64,000 nucleotides of DNA from a bacterium (GTDB lineage: Bacteria > Patescibacteriota > Microgenomatia > Woykebacterales > RBG-16-39-9b), in the NCBI GenBank assembly GCA_030704665.1, contig JAUYID010000009.1:64163-128162 (forward strand). Direction: 5' to 3'. Each line of letters begins with the position of its first letter. The stretch's first letter is position 1. Made by a program: the position numbers and the translations under genes. The notes under the pieces are model-generated. The model worked only from the letters and a program-made list of their open reading frames with translations, ran no database searches and was not told the DNA's origin. This document shows positions 9,934 to 19,425 of this stretch, piece by piece.

Positions 9934-10397
9934 AAACTATTTTTAATAAAAAAGCGAGTTTCGAGTATTTCCTCAAAGAAAAACTCGAAACTGGAATAGT
10001 TCTGACCGGAGCTGAAATTAAATCAGTGCGGGAAGGAGCCGGGTCTTTGGCTGATAGCTTTGTTCGTATTGTCAAAGATGAAGTTACTCTTTTCAATGCC
10101 TTTATTTCTCCCTACAAATACGCTTTCGATCCATCTTACGATCCCAAGAGAGAGCGTAAATTGCTTTTAAAAAGAAAGGAAATTGATTTTTTAATCGGAA
10201 AGCTAACTTCGTCAAACTTGACAATTGTGCCTACAAAGTTGTATATTACACACAATCTTGTCAAACTTGAAATAGCTTTGGCTCTGCCAAAAAAGAAGTT
10301 TGACAAAAGAGATAGCCTCAAGCGTAAGGCCGTGGATCGGCAAACTGAGAGTTTGCTTCGAGCCGAAAAGCGAAAGGCCAATTCGGACAGCAAGTAG
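9930..10397 (+). CDS. smpB: SsrA-binding protein
   Basis: NKKASFEY, GIVLTGAEIKSVR, RKLLL and KKKFDKR motifs; adjacent to tmRNA. Confidence 0.95.
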   Translation: MKTIFNKKASFEYFLKEKLETGIVLTGAEIKSVREGAGSLADSFVRIVKDEVTLFNAFISPYKYAFDPSYDPKRERKLLLKRKEIDFLIGKLTSSNLTIVPTKLYITHNLVKLEIALALPKKKFDKRDSLKRKAVDRQTESLLRAEKRKANSDSK

Positions 10398-10423
10398 TTA
10401 ATTCATCTTCTTAAGTACTCTTT

Positions 10424-10800
10424 GGGGATGTTCATTTTCGACGGTAAAGCACATTAACAAGGTTGCAAGCCGGCCAAGCCTATCTAAGCCGCAAAACTGG
10501 AAAGGCAAATTCATAAATGCCAACAAGGCGTTTACACCTTCTTACGCTTACGCGTAATGCTTAAGGTTGTCCTTTAAACTCTCTCTTGGTGGGGTTTATC
10601 TGGGCATCATTCAGCCAAGATGATCTTTTCCGGGTCGGTGACCTTGAAATTATCCATCCGCCGACTGGCGGACCAACAACCTCACTCTATTCTGATCTTG
10701 TCAGTTGGTAGGAATAGAGGAAGTCAAGGACTGACTAAGCTTGTAGAAGCCTGTTGATCTCTTTGCACGGACCTGGGTGCGAAGCCCAGCATCTCCACCA
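10424..10800 (+). ncRNA. ssrA: tmRNA; predicted tag ANKAFTPSYAYA* at 10519-10557
   Basis: GGGGATG/CATCTCC acceptor stem with G3:U, TCGAC motif, T arm CTGGG-TGCGAAG-CCCAG, ACCA end; directly downstream of smpB. Confidence 0.92.
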
Positions 10801-10806
10801 TGTCAC

Positions 10807-10837
10807 GAACCCACCGCAAGGTGGGTTCTGGCGTTTT
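10807..10837 (+). terminator. Terminator-like hairpin after tmRNA
   Basis: GAACCCACC-GCAA-GGTGGGTTC followed by a T-rich tract. Confidence 0.6.
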
Positions 10838-10883
10838 CTGAAAAAAAACTTGCATTCCGGGAAAAAGGAGATTAATTTTATTT

Positions 10884-11567
10884 GTGTTGAAGAGCCTAAT
10901 TAACCTAATCTTTCCAAAAGCGTGTTTGAGTTGCGGCCAGCTAGGTCAATATTTGTGTGGGGGCTGCGAAAAGAAAGTCGAAATTTACAAAACCGCCTTC
11001 TGTCCAGTCTGTGGCAAAGCTTCAATCGGGGGTTTTACTCATCCGAAGTGCCACAGCAATTACTGTTTGTCCGGAGTGATCTGCCTTTTTGAGTACAAGG
11101 GCCCTCTACAAAAGATTCTTCATCAAATTAAATATCGATTTAGTAGTCGGGTGGTTGAGGTTTTCGATAGTCCGGTCGGGAAAATAAACTTACCAGCAAA
11201 TTTAAAGGCATTTGAGCTTTTCCCCTTGCCACTAAATCGGAAAAGAGAAAACTGGCGGGGCTTTAACCAAGCTGAATTGTTGGGTAACCTGGTCGCTAAA
11301 AGGTTTGGTCTGGTTGTTTCGAGGCTTTTACTGGAAAGAAAACTTTTTGAAAAAAGCCAAGTGAAACTGACTCTTGAGCAAAGAAAAAAGAATTTGCAAG
11401 GAGCTTTTCTAGTTGTCGACCCAAAGAAAGTCGCGGGAAAAAAGATACTTTTGTTTGATGATGTTTGGACAACTGGAGCGACTTTGACGGAAGCGGGAAG
11501 AACTCTGAAAAAAGCAGGAGCAGAGCAGGTTTGGGCTTTGTGCTTGGCAAGCTCACACCGAGTTTGA
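10884..11567 (+). CDS. comF: ComF family protein (double zinc ribbon plus PRTase domain)
   Basis: CxxC repeats, RGFNQAEL and LLFDDVWTTGAT motifs. Confidence 0.9.
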   Translation: MLKSLINLIFPKACLSCGQLGQYLCGGCEKKVEIYKTAFCPVCGKASIGGFTHPKCHSNYCLSGVICLFEYKGPLQKILHQIKYRFSSRVVEVFDSPVGKINLPANLKAFELFPLPLNRKRENWRGFNQAELLGNLVAKRFGLVVSRLLLERKLFEKSQVKLTLEQRKKNLQGAFLVVDPKKVAGKKILLFDDVWTTGATLTEAGRTLKKAGAEQVWALCLASSHRV

Positions 11568-11604
11568 ATCTGGCAGGCCATTCTGCTAAAATGCCTCAGC
11601 AACT

Positions 11605-11693
11605 GGAGGGTTGCCCGAGTGGTTTAAGGGGACGGTTTGCTAAACCGTTGGTGCGAAAGCGCCACACAGGTTCGAATCCTGTACCCTCCGCCA
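11605..11693 (+). tRNA. tRNA-Ser(GCT)
   Basis: Cloverleaf with long variable arm; anticodon loop TTGCTAA; GCCA end. Confidence 0.95.
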
Positions 11694-11731
11694 TGTACCA
11701 TGCGCTCCGCTTAGGTACATGGCGACGCCAA
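11690..11731 (+). repeat. tRNA-Ser trailer repeat, copy 1 (hairpin)
   Basis: GCCATGTACC-loop-GGTACATGGC-GACGCCAA; near-identical copy at 12925-12965. Confidence 0.8.
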
Positions 11732-11928
11732 TACGGAACAAATAACTGAACACAAACAGGCAAAAGTCCTTGCTACCAAAAATAGACTCACGATCGAGTT
11801 GATTTTTTATGAAGCGTATCGTAATCATTATGATGCGCTTCGACGAGAAGATTATTTCAAGTCTACTAAAGGTAAAAGAGCTTTGAGACTACTTTTAGTT
11901 GAGTACTTAAGATCAAAAGTTGTATAGT

Positions 11929-12018
11929 GGAGAGGTGGCCGAGTGGATTATGGCGACGGTCTTGAAAACCGTTGTCGGTGCAAGCCGACCGGGGGTTCGA
12001 ATCCCTCCCTCTCCGCCA
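11929..12018 (+). tRNA. tRNA-Ser(TGA)
   Basis: ACGGT-CTTGAAA-ACCGT anticodon arm; long variable arm; GCCA end. Confidence 0.95.
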
Positions 12019-12103
12019 AGTACGAAATCAAAGATTTCTACTTGGCTAGAGACGTAGTTTTGCTAGAAAAACAAAACGTACGTCTCGCCAATTATTTTTA
12101 TAT

Positions 12104-12694
12104 ATGGCTGCCAGCTCTAAAGAAGCAAAAATCAAAGAACTGAAGAAAAATCTCTCCGAGCTTCAGGAAAAACTTGAAGAGCTCGAGGAACGGCCAAGAA
12201 AAGTTCAGATCAAAGAACTCCACTCCTGGGTTTCACCTAGTCGGATCTACAAAAAAAAGTCGGCTCGTTGGTTTCTCAATCTCGTCTTATTAATTTCAAT
12301 AATTCTTGTCATCCTACTCTTTTTGAAGGAGTTTATCCTCATGGCAGTAGTACTTTCGTTCGCCTTTTTGACTTACGTCATCAGCGCAGTTGCTCCGGAA
12401 AATGTGGAACACAAAATTACCACTCAAGGAATTACGAGTGGGGATCAAAGTTTTCTTTGGGAAGAGCTTTATGACTTCTGGTTTACTAGTAAAGGGGGTT
12501 TCCGAATTTTGGTTTTAGATACGCTCTTGCGCTACCCCCGCCAAGTTTTTATTCTGATTCCACAAGAGGAAGAAGAGAAAATAAAAAGCAAAATAGTTGG
12601 TTATTTACCCTTTCGCGAAGTACCAGGGGCGACTTGGATGGATCGCTGGGGAGATAAACTTTCGCACCAGTTTCACCATCTTGTCGGCTCTTAA
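12104..12694 (+). CDS. Conserved CPR membrane protein (DUF5673-like)
   Basis: N-terminal coiled coil, two TM helices, HKITTQGI...FLWEELYDFWF. Confidence 0.55.
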   Translation: MAASSKEAKIKELKKNLSELQEKLEELEERPRKVQIKELHSWVSPSRIYKKKSARWFLNLVLLISIILVILLFLKEFILMAVVLSFAFLTYVISAVAPENVEHKITTQGITSGDQSFLWEELYDFWFTSKGGFRILVLDTLLRYPRQVFILIPQEEEEKIKSKIVGYLPFREVPGATWMDRWGDKLSHQFHHLVGS

Positions 12695-12746
12695 ACTTAA
12701 TTTCCTTCCCTTCATAAGCTATAATCAGAAGCAACTAAATTTACTA

Positions 12747-12823
12747 GTCCCCATAGCTCAGTTGGATAGAGCGTCAGTTTGCGGAACTGAAGGTCGGGTG
12801 TTCGAGTCACCCTGGGGACGCCA
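12747..12823 (+). tRNA. tRNA-Arg(GCG)
   Basis: TCAGT-TTGCGGA-ACTGA anticodon arm; GCCA end. Confidence 0.93.
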
Positions 12824-12837
12824 TTTAAAATAACCTT

Positions 12838-12928
12838 GGAGGGGTGGCTGAGTGGTTGAAAGCGTCGGTTTCGAAAACCGATGTCCCGGTTTCCGGGACC
12901 GGAGGTTCGAATCCTCCTCCCTCCGCCA
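12838..12928 (+). tRNA. tRNA-Ser(CGA)
   Basis: TCGGT-TTCGAAA-ACCGA anticodon arm; long variable arm. Confidence 0.95.
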
Positions 12929-12965
12929 TGTACCATGCGCCCGCTTAGGTACATAGCGACGCCAA
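12925..12965 (+). repeat. tRNA-Ser trailer repeat, copy 2
   Basis: Matches 11690-11731 with one indel and one substitution. Confidence 0.8.
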
Positions 12966-13041
12966 GTCCCCGTAGTTCAATGGATAGAACGTCAGTTTCC
13001 GGAACTGAAGGTTGAAGGTTCGAGTCCTTTCGGGGACGCCA
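12966..13041 (+). tRNA. tRNA-Arg(CCG)
   Basis: TCAGT-TTCCGGA-ACTGA anticodon arm; GCCA end. Confidence 0.93.
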
Positions 13042-13106
13042 GTTTCTAAAAACGAGAGAAGGCCTCGAGCATGAAGCGCGAAGCCTTCGAGTCGATCATT
13101 CCCCCC

Positions 13107-13889
13107 TTACTTTATTCGGACCGCTTGGACCACCCGTCGTTGGTCGTAGGTCTTGATCTCATCTTGGTAAGTTCCAGCACAGGTTATCAGAGTCATAGCT
13201 TCAAACCATGACGACCGACCGACTACAGAGGCTACATTCAAGGAGTCCAGGGGGTAGGTTTCGTTGGTGAGAACCAGGTAAGTTTCTTGGACACCATCGC
13301 GCCAGAGAGTGATCTCATCCCACTTTACCAGCTCGGCCAGTCTCTCGAAGATCGCAGTTGAACCACCATACTCAAGGTGACCGGCTAAAACCACTTGGGT
13401 TTGCGCAAAGCCTGAGCTGTAAATCACGATCTCATCAGCTTCTTGAGGGGAGGGCATGATCAGGGCGGGTGGAGTTTCGGTGGCTTCGGCAGTCTCGACG
13501 ATCAGATCTCGAGGAGTGGTTTGACTTGAAACCCCAAGCTTGGAAATTTCCAAGTAAATCCCAGAAGGTGGGGTCGGAGTTGGGCTTGGTGTCGAGGTTG
13601 GGGTCTGTGTTTCTGTTGAAGTCGGGATCGCAGTTGGTGTCAAGGTCGGGGTTGGGATCGGAGTCATGGTTGAGCTTGGTACCGCTGTCAGGCTCGGTGT
13701 GGCGGTAGTGCTAGCGGTTGGCAGGGTTTCAATTGGAACATCTTGAGAAGAACTCAATCGAGTCACTTCCCAGGGTGAAAGAAAGTTGAGGATAATAACC
13801 AGGACTGCTGCTGCCAGTATGAGGGGAGTTAAAGTGCGGTACTCGGACAAAGTAAGCCTCCTTGCGGGTTGCCTTTTTCCGGATCTCAA
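13107..13889 (-). CDS. Sortase (class F-like) with Thr/Pro-rich linker
   Basis: N-terminal TM, TPT repeats, catalytic VVLAGH...TLITC...R triad. Confidence 0.85.
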   Translation of the reverse strand: MRSGKRQPARRLTLSEYRTLTPLILAAAVLVIILNFLSPWEVTRLSSSQDVPIETLPTASTTATPSLTAVPSSTMTPIPTPTLTPTAIPTSTETQTPTSTPSPTPTPPSGIYLEISKLGVSSQTTPRDLIVETAEATETPPALIMPSPQEADEIVIYSSGFAQTQVVLAGHLEYGGSTAIFERLAELVKWDEITLWRDGVQETYLVLTNETYPLDSLNVASVVGRSSWFEAMTLITCAGTYQDEIKTYDQRRVVQAVRIK

Positions 13890-14004
13890 GTTCCTGGGAG
13901 CGTAGCAAAGTTTAGCAATTCAAAACAGAGGTTTGTTTGGAGTTACAAAGTGATATAATCACCTCTCGATTCTTGTGTTCAGCCGAAATATAATTTTCCT
14001 CTCT

Positions 14005-14427
14005 ATGTTTAAATTTGAAGAAAGCGCGGGTGGGATAGTCTACAAAAAAGAAAATTCGCAAATCTATATTTTAGTGACTCAACACTCAGCCCATCACGGT
14101 TGGGTTTTTCCCAAGGGTTTGCTTGACAAAGGTGAAGACAAAGCAACCACCGCCTTGCGAGAGGTAAGGGAAGAGGGTGGGGTCGTTGCCAAGATAGTTG
14201 AAGAACTAGCCCCGGTTGAGTACTTCTATAAATTTCAGGGTGAAACGATCAAGAAAAAGGTTACTTATTTCCTGATGGAATACGTGAGTGGTAAGATCGA
14301 AGATCACGACTGGGAAATGGAGGCGGCGGAATGGTTGCCCTTAGAAAAAGTTGACGAGCGTTTGACCTACAAGACGGATAAACAAGTTTTCCAAAAAGCT
14401 CAAGAATTTCTCACAGAAAAAGGTTAA
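14005..14427 (+). CDS. NUDIX hydrolase (Ap4A hydrolase-like)
   Basis: SAGGIVY, WVFPKG and Nudix box TALREVREEGG. Confidence 0.9.
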   Translation: MFKFEESAGGIVYKKENSQIYILVTQHSAHHGWVFPKGLLDKGEDKATTALREVREEGGVVAKIVEELAPVEYFYKFQGETIKKKVTYFLMEYVSGKIEDHDWEMEAAEWLPLEKVDERLTYKTDKQVFQKAQEFLTEKG

Positions 14428-14536
14428 AACAAAGGGGTATTCGAGGCTCGCACTACACGGGAAGGACTTTCTCGTGTTTTCTGCAGTGCGAGCCTCGAGG
14501 TTCAAGACCTACGTGTCCTTGGTTGCGAAGGCTGCG

Positions 14537-15172
14537 TTACTTCGCCACGCGGCGAGCGACGACACCACCAGCAATCAGAACTAGGCTACTGAGTACCAGG
14601 GCGATAAGCGTCCACAGCGGGAAGCCGGCACCGTCCTGACCCAGGTAGCCACCATTACCGGCGAAAGCAGTGCTCGAGTTGGAGAACGCCGCCGCCAGTA
14701 CGATGCCGACTGCTATGGTTGCGAGTCCGATGGTTTTCAGCGAGTGTCGAAAGACCGCACCTCCGATCGTTTCGACGTCTGTTTTCGCGCCGACGCAGCG
14801 CTGGTAGATTGAGGCTATCACGATGACCGCGATCAGAAATAGACCGATCTGGACCGGAGTCGGCAGGTTAGCAACGTTGTTGCCTATTCCTAACCAGCTG
14901 CCCGTCTCAGTAGCGGTGATCGTTGCTACCTCGCCAAAGTTCACCAATGCCGGTGCGACGATCGTTCTCTCTACGTCCGCCGACATTTCCGCCACGATCG
15001 AAGTCGCGGGAGAGACCAGTACCAGGTCCGGTCCGCGAATCGTGGCCTCGTCGCTCGAGAAGCGGCTCGCCAGGCCCCACGCGCCGACCGCGAGGATGAG
15101 GGCGAGAGCTCCGAGAGCGATGAAGCGCAACATCCCGTGACTGGGCAAAGCCCGTCCCGTTGTGTTGAGCAT
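14537..15172 (-). CDS. GC-rich hypothetical membrane protein
   Basis: SD-like AGAGGGGTG before ATG 15172; several TM segments. Confidence 0.6.
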   Translation of the reverse strand: MLNTTGRALPSHGMLRFIALGALALILAVGAWGLASRFSSDEATIRGPDLVLVSPATSIVAEMSADVERTIVAPALVNFGEVATITATETGSWLGIGNNVANLPTPVQIGLFLIAVIVIASIYQRCVGAKTDVETIGGAVFRHSLKTIGLATIAVGIVLAAAFSNSSTAFAGNGGYLGQDGAGFPLWTLIALVLSSLVLIAGGVVARRVAK

Positions 15173-15494
15173 ACACACCCCTCTCTTCTTGCAACTCCCA
15201 ATCCTTGGGATCCCAAATGAAGAAAGACCCCCTGGGTCTCGTCTTGTTTTTTCGGTGCTTTTGGTCGAGTACCTTAGTCGCCCTCGGCCGAGTTGACGAC
15301 GCGATGAGTAGGAAGTTAGCCGCTCAAGGGCCAGTCGACCGCAAGCTTTCACCTCCTTTGTTCCTCCTCAACAATAGTCCCAACGATAATCCTTTTATAC
15401 CCTCGTTTGCTTGTTTTGTCAATTAAGTTTGAGGTTGTTATATAGATCGCTGCGCGCTCTGAATTACTGCGTGATATAATGCCCCCGACTTCTT

Positions 15495-15584
<90 letters not shown>

Positions 15585-15634
15585 ATTCCAATAAGAGGGA
15601 TCGCCAAAAGCGCCATCCCTCCCCTTCCGCCAGT

Positions 15635-16264
15635 TTATTTTATTGGAGTTAAGAAGCCTTCGTAATTTTGTAGGATAAACTTTACATCTTCTGTAAATTT
15701 GTTTGGGTTGTTTGCTAGTTCTTCTTTTAATTCTTCTAAGCTAAAAACTTCGATACCTGAACTTTCACCGTCGGAGAATTTGATCGAACCGTCATAGTAA
15801 CCAATATAGAATTTGGTCATAAAAGGTTGAACGAAAGTTTGGTTGTTTTCAATTCGTGTGGATTGATAGTTACTTTTGTAATCAACTTCGCGAAACAAAC
15901 CAACCACCTTTAAGTCAGTTACTCTTACCGCATGATCAAATTCGGGGGGGGTTAAAACAGCAGCCGGAAAGCCGAGTTCCTCAGCACATTCTTTAATGAC
16001 AGCTATTTCCCAAGTTTGCCTGGCAGCAACATGACCGCCCACTGTTTTGTCATAGAGTCCGGGGTTTTGTGCTTTGATTTTGCTGCGTTTTTGTAAATAA
16101 ATTCTTCCGTCGGAGTTCATCAACACCAGGCGGATCGACTTTACTTGCTTGGAGATAGAGCCTTTGTTTTTATACTCTTCTTTAATTTCTTGATAAAAAG
16201 CTTCTCGATCCATTGATTCAAGAAGATTACCTTGACGGTCAAAAATTTCTAAAGTTTCGTTCAT
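15635..16264 (-). CDS. NUDIX hydrolase (IDI-like subfamily)
   Basis: IYLQKRS, PGLYDKTVGGHV and AVIKECAEELG motifs. Confidence 0.8.
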   Translation of the reverse strand: MNETLEIFDRQGNLLESMDREAFYQEIKEEYKNKGSISKQVKSIRLVLMNSDGRIYLQKRSKIKAQNPGLYDKTVGGHVAARQTWEIAVIKECAEELGFPAAVLTPPEFDHAVRVTDLKVVGLFREVDYKSNYQSTRIENNQTFVQPFMTKFYIGYYDGSIKFSDGESSGIEVFSLEELKEELANNPNKFTEDVKFILQNYEGFLTPIK

Positions 16265-16380
16265 AAAAAGATTTTATCATGTAGAGAGCTTGCGCTGTTA
16301 TTAGCAATCCTCTAGTATTAGCCTGAAAATGGAAAACCAAGTAGAAGAAGTAAACTCTTGCAGGGACTATTTCCAATTTT

Positions 16381-18135
16381 ATGGATAATCAAATTGAGGA
16401 AGTTAAATCAAAAATTGATATCGTTGCTCTGATTTCTGAATCTGTGAGCCTGAAAAAGGCAGGGCGCAACTACAAAGGACTCTGTCCTTTCCACGGTGAG
16501 AAAACCCCCTCTTTCATGGTCAGCCCCGAGCGGCAAATTTTCAAATGTTTTGGTTGTGGTGAGGGAGGGGACAGCCTCGCCTTTGTGGAAAAAAATGAGA
16601 AGGTTGGGTTTCCCGAGGCTCTAAAAATCCTTGCCAACCGTGCCGGTGTCACTCTTAAGCAAGTGGCTCCTGATCCAGCTGAGAAACTGAAGGAGGAGAT
16701 TTTCAAAATTAATTCCCTGGCCGCCGAGCTCTATCAATTTTTGCTCACCAAACACAAAAGAGGGCAGAGAGCTCTTGACTATCTCAAAGCGCGCGGAATA
16801 AACGAGAAATCGATTAAAGATTTTGGTCTTGGTTACGCTCCTGAGGTAGACAGTTTCGCTTCTGACTACTTCATCAAAAAAGGTTTTAACCCCCGTGATT
16901 TGGTTAGCTCGGGGATGATCCTGCCTTCACAGCGGGGCAAAGGTTGGTATGACCGCTTTCGGGCTCGTATCACTTTTCCGATCCGAGATAGCCGCGGGCG
17001 AGTGGTGGGTTTTTCGGCGCGGGCGCTCGGAGCCAGTGAACCAAAATACCTGAATTCACCTGATACTCTTGTTTTTAACAAAAGCCAAGCTCTTTTTGGA
17101 ATCGACCTGGCCCGGGGGCAAATTAGCAAAGAAAAACGCGCCATCTTGGTGGAAGGCAATCTTGATGTAGTTTCTTCTCACCAAATTGGAGTGACCAATG
17201 TCGTCGCGCCTCTGGGAACTGCTCTGACCGAGCCCCAACTAGCCACCCTTAAGCGCTTTGCTCCAACTATTATTCTCAGTTTTGATACAGACTCAGCCGG
17301 AGTTGCTGCCGCCAAAAGGGGCATTGATCTTGCCGAAAATCAGGGTTTGGAAGTAAAAGTTGCTGACCTGGGGGATGCCAAAGATCCGGATGAATTGATA
17401 AAAAAAGACCCCCAGGCCTGGAGAGATTCAATTGAAAAGGCGACTCCAGTTTACGATTTTTTGATTGCCGCGGCGGTTAAACGTTGGTCAGGGGGAGGTG
17501 CGGAAGGAAAGAGAAAAGCGATCAACGAGGTCTTGCCCTATCTGAAAAGCCTGACCGACCCGATTTTGAAAGAGCACTATTTGGATCTGGTTTCAGCTCG
17601 AGTCGGTACTTCACTCGAAACTTTGCAGAAGTTACTTCTCGGCCAGAACAAAGAAGTGGTCAGGCCCAGTACGGAGATTAAAACTTTAGAAACAACTGAA
17701 GCGGGAGTGGAGGAATATTTACTCGCCTTGATTTTGGCTCAAGAAGAAGTTCGGCTCGATATTGATGAAGCTCTTTTCCAGAAATTGGAAAACAGAGACT
17801 TGTTTGTTCTGATAAAAAAGACCTTTGAAAGAGAAGGAAAACTGAAGGTGAAGTCTTTTCTGAACAAAGTCCCTGAGGCTTTGGTAAGAAGTTTTGATGA
17901 AATCCTTTTGCAGGATGTAGACGAGGGTATGTTGGACAATCCTGATAAACTAAAAAAAGAGATCGAGCTTACCTACAATCGAATTCGTAAAGCTAGGTTT
18001 AAAAGAAAACTTGAATTTTTGACCCTGCAGATCAAACAAGCTGAGGCAGCTAAAGACACTGGGAAAGCCAAAGAACTCACCAAGCAGTTTAGTGAGCTTT
18101 CAACTCAGCTCTCAGCCCTTGACCAAGTCACTTAG
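16381..18135 (+). CDS. dnaG: DNA primase
   Basis: CPFHGEKTPSF...CFGC zinc finger, KYLNSP, TOPRIM VEG and FDTD motifs. Confidence 0.97.
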   Translation: MDNQIEEVKSKIDIVALISESVSLKKAGRNYKGLCPFHGEKTPSFMVSPERQIFKCFGCGEGGDSLAFVEKNEKVGFPEALKILANRAGVTLKQVAPDPAEKLKEEIFKINSLAAELYQFLLTKHKRGQRALDYLKARGINEKSIKDFGLGYAPEVDSFASDYFIKKGFNPRDLVSSGMILPSQRGKGWYDRFRARITFPIRDSRGRVVGFSARALGASEPKYLNSPDTLVFNKSQALFGIDLARGQISKEKRAILVEGNLDVVSSHQIGVTNVVAPLGTALTEPQLATLKRFAPTIILSFDTDSAGVAAAKRGIDLAENQGLEVKVADLGDAKDPDELIKKDPQAWRDSIEKATPVYDFLIAAAVKRWSGGGAEGKRKAINEVLPYLKSLTDPILKEHYLDLVSARVGTSLETLQKLLLGQNKEVVRPSTEIKTLETTEAGVEEYLLALILAQEEVRLDIDEALFQKLENRDLFVLIKKTFEREGKLKVKSFLNKVPEALVRSFDEILLQDVDEGMLDNPDKLKKEIELTYNRIRKARFKRKLEFLTLQIKQAEAAKDTGKAKELTKQFSELSTQLSALDQVT

Positions 18136-18162
18136 TCTATGATAGATACATAAAGACGCAAA

Positions 18163-19230
18163 ATGGCAAAAACCGATTCCCCGATTCAAGAAATTATCAG
18201 CAAAGGACGTGAGCAAGGATTCGTCACTCAGGACGAAATTCTGGCCGCCTTTCCTGAAGCAGAAAGCAACGTTGAAGCTCTTGACGAGCTTTACACTCGC
18301 TTGGCGGAAGAGGGAGTGGATGTTTTCGAGGTTGGTGAAGACTCGGAAAGTAAACCAAGTGAGCTAGAAAAAGAGCTTGAAGTTCTGACCACCATTTCCG
18401 ACGGACAAATCACCGACCCGGTGCGGATGTATTTGAAAGAAATTGGTCGTATCCCTCTGCTGACAGCAGCCGAGGAAAGTGATCTGGCCCAAAGAGTGGA
18501 AAAGGGGGAGAAAAAAGCTAAAGAAAGACTGATTAATTCCAACCTAAGACTAGTGGTTTCCATTGCTAAAAAATACGTTGGTCGAGGGCTGACCTTGCTC
18601 GACCTTATTGAGGAAGGAAATATCGGTTTGATGCGGGCAGTTGAGAAATTCGACTGGCGCAAAGGTTTTAAATTTTCTACTTACGCAACCTGGTGGATCA
18701 GACAGGCGATCACTCGCGCGATTGCCGATCAGGCGCGAACGATTCGTATCCCCGTCCACATGGTGGAAACGATCAACCGCTTCATCCGTACTTCCCGCAA
18801 ACTGATGCAAGAACTCGGCCGAGAGCCAACGCCGGAGGAAGTCGCCAAAGAAATGGGTATTGAGCCTGAAAAAGTCCGTGAGATCATCAAAGTTTCTCAA
18901 GAACCAACTAGTCTTGAAGCTCCGGTTGGAGAAGAAAAAGATTCGACTCTGGGCGATTTCATTCCAGATGAAGAAATCCGACCCGAAGACCAAGCTAGTG
19001 CCGAGCTTCTCAAAGCCCACCTCGCCGAAGTGCTTGACACTCTCAACGACCGCGAAAAGAAAGTTTTGAAGCTGCGCTTTGGACTTGAAGATGGCCGGCA
19101 AAGAACACTAGAAGAAGTCGGCAAAGAATTTGGTGTCACTCGGGAACGTATCCGCCAGATCGAAGCTAAAGCTTTGCGCAAACTGCGTCACCCTACGCGC
19201 TCCAAGAAACTCAAGGATTATCTCGAATAA
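18163..19230 (+). CDS. rpoD: Primary sigma factor (sigma70/SigA)
   Basis: [43 protein letters not shown] and TRERIRQIE. Confidence 0.98.
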   Translation: MAKTDSPIQEIISKGREQGFVTQDEILAAFPEAESNVEALDELYTRLAEEGVDVFEVGEDSESKPSELEKELEVLTTISDGQITDPVRMYLKEIGRIPLLTAAEESDLAQRVEKGEKKAKERLINSNLRLVVSIAKKYVGRGLTLLDLIEEGNIGLMRAVEKFDWRKGFKFSTYATWWIRQAITRAIADQARTIRIPVHMVETINRFIRTSRKLMQELGREPTPEEVAKEMGIEPEKVREIIKVSQEPTSLEAPVGEEKDSTLGDFIPDEEIRPEDQASAELLKAHLAEVLDTLNDREKKVLKLRFGLEDGRQRTLEEVGKEFGVTRERIRQIEAKALRKLRHPTRSKKLKDYLE

Positions 19231-19425
19231 GTTAGTTGCCACTGCCGGGTGAGAGACCCTTCAAATCTTCAGTATGACAATCGAACTTGTCTACTACTAC
19301 CGAATTTTAGTAGAATGCAATTCTATATCGACCAAGCCGTTGCTTCTGAGAAGCTTAAAAATTTATTATTGCGGTCGATATTTCTCAAACCTTAAGAATT
19401 GTAGTTTTAAAGGTTGCTTTTAAAA

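Noticed and set aside
11465-12954. Short ORFs overlapping the tRNA genes
   Set aside because: Spurious translations of tRNA sequences
13570-13730. Tandem-like DNA repeats in the sortase gene and at 50300-50490
   Set aside because: Explained by Thr/Pro-rich protein linkers, not an independent repeat element
18291-19181. Long antisense ORFs over rpoD, and similar ones over dnaG, ftsH, the pilins and comF
   Set aside because: These are shadow frames of well-conserved genes with no recognisable motifs
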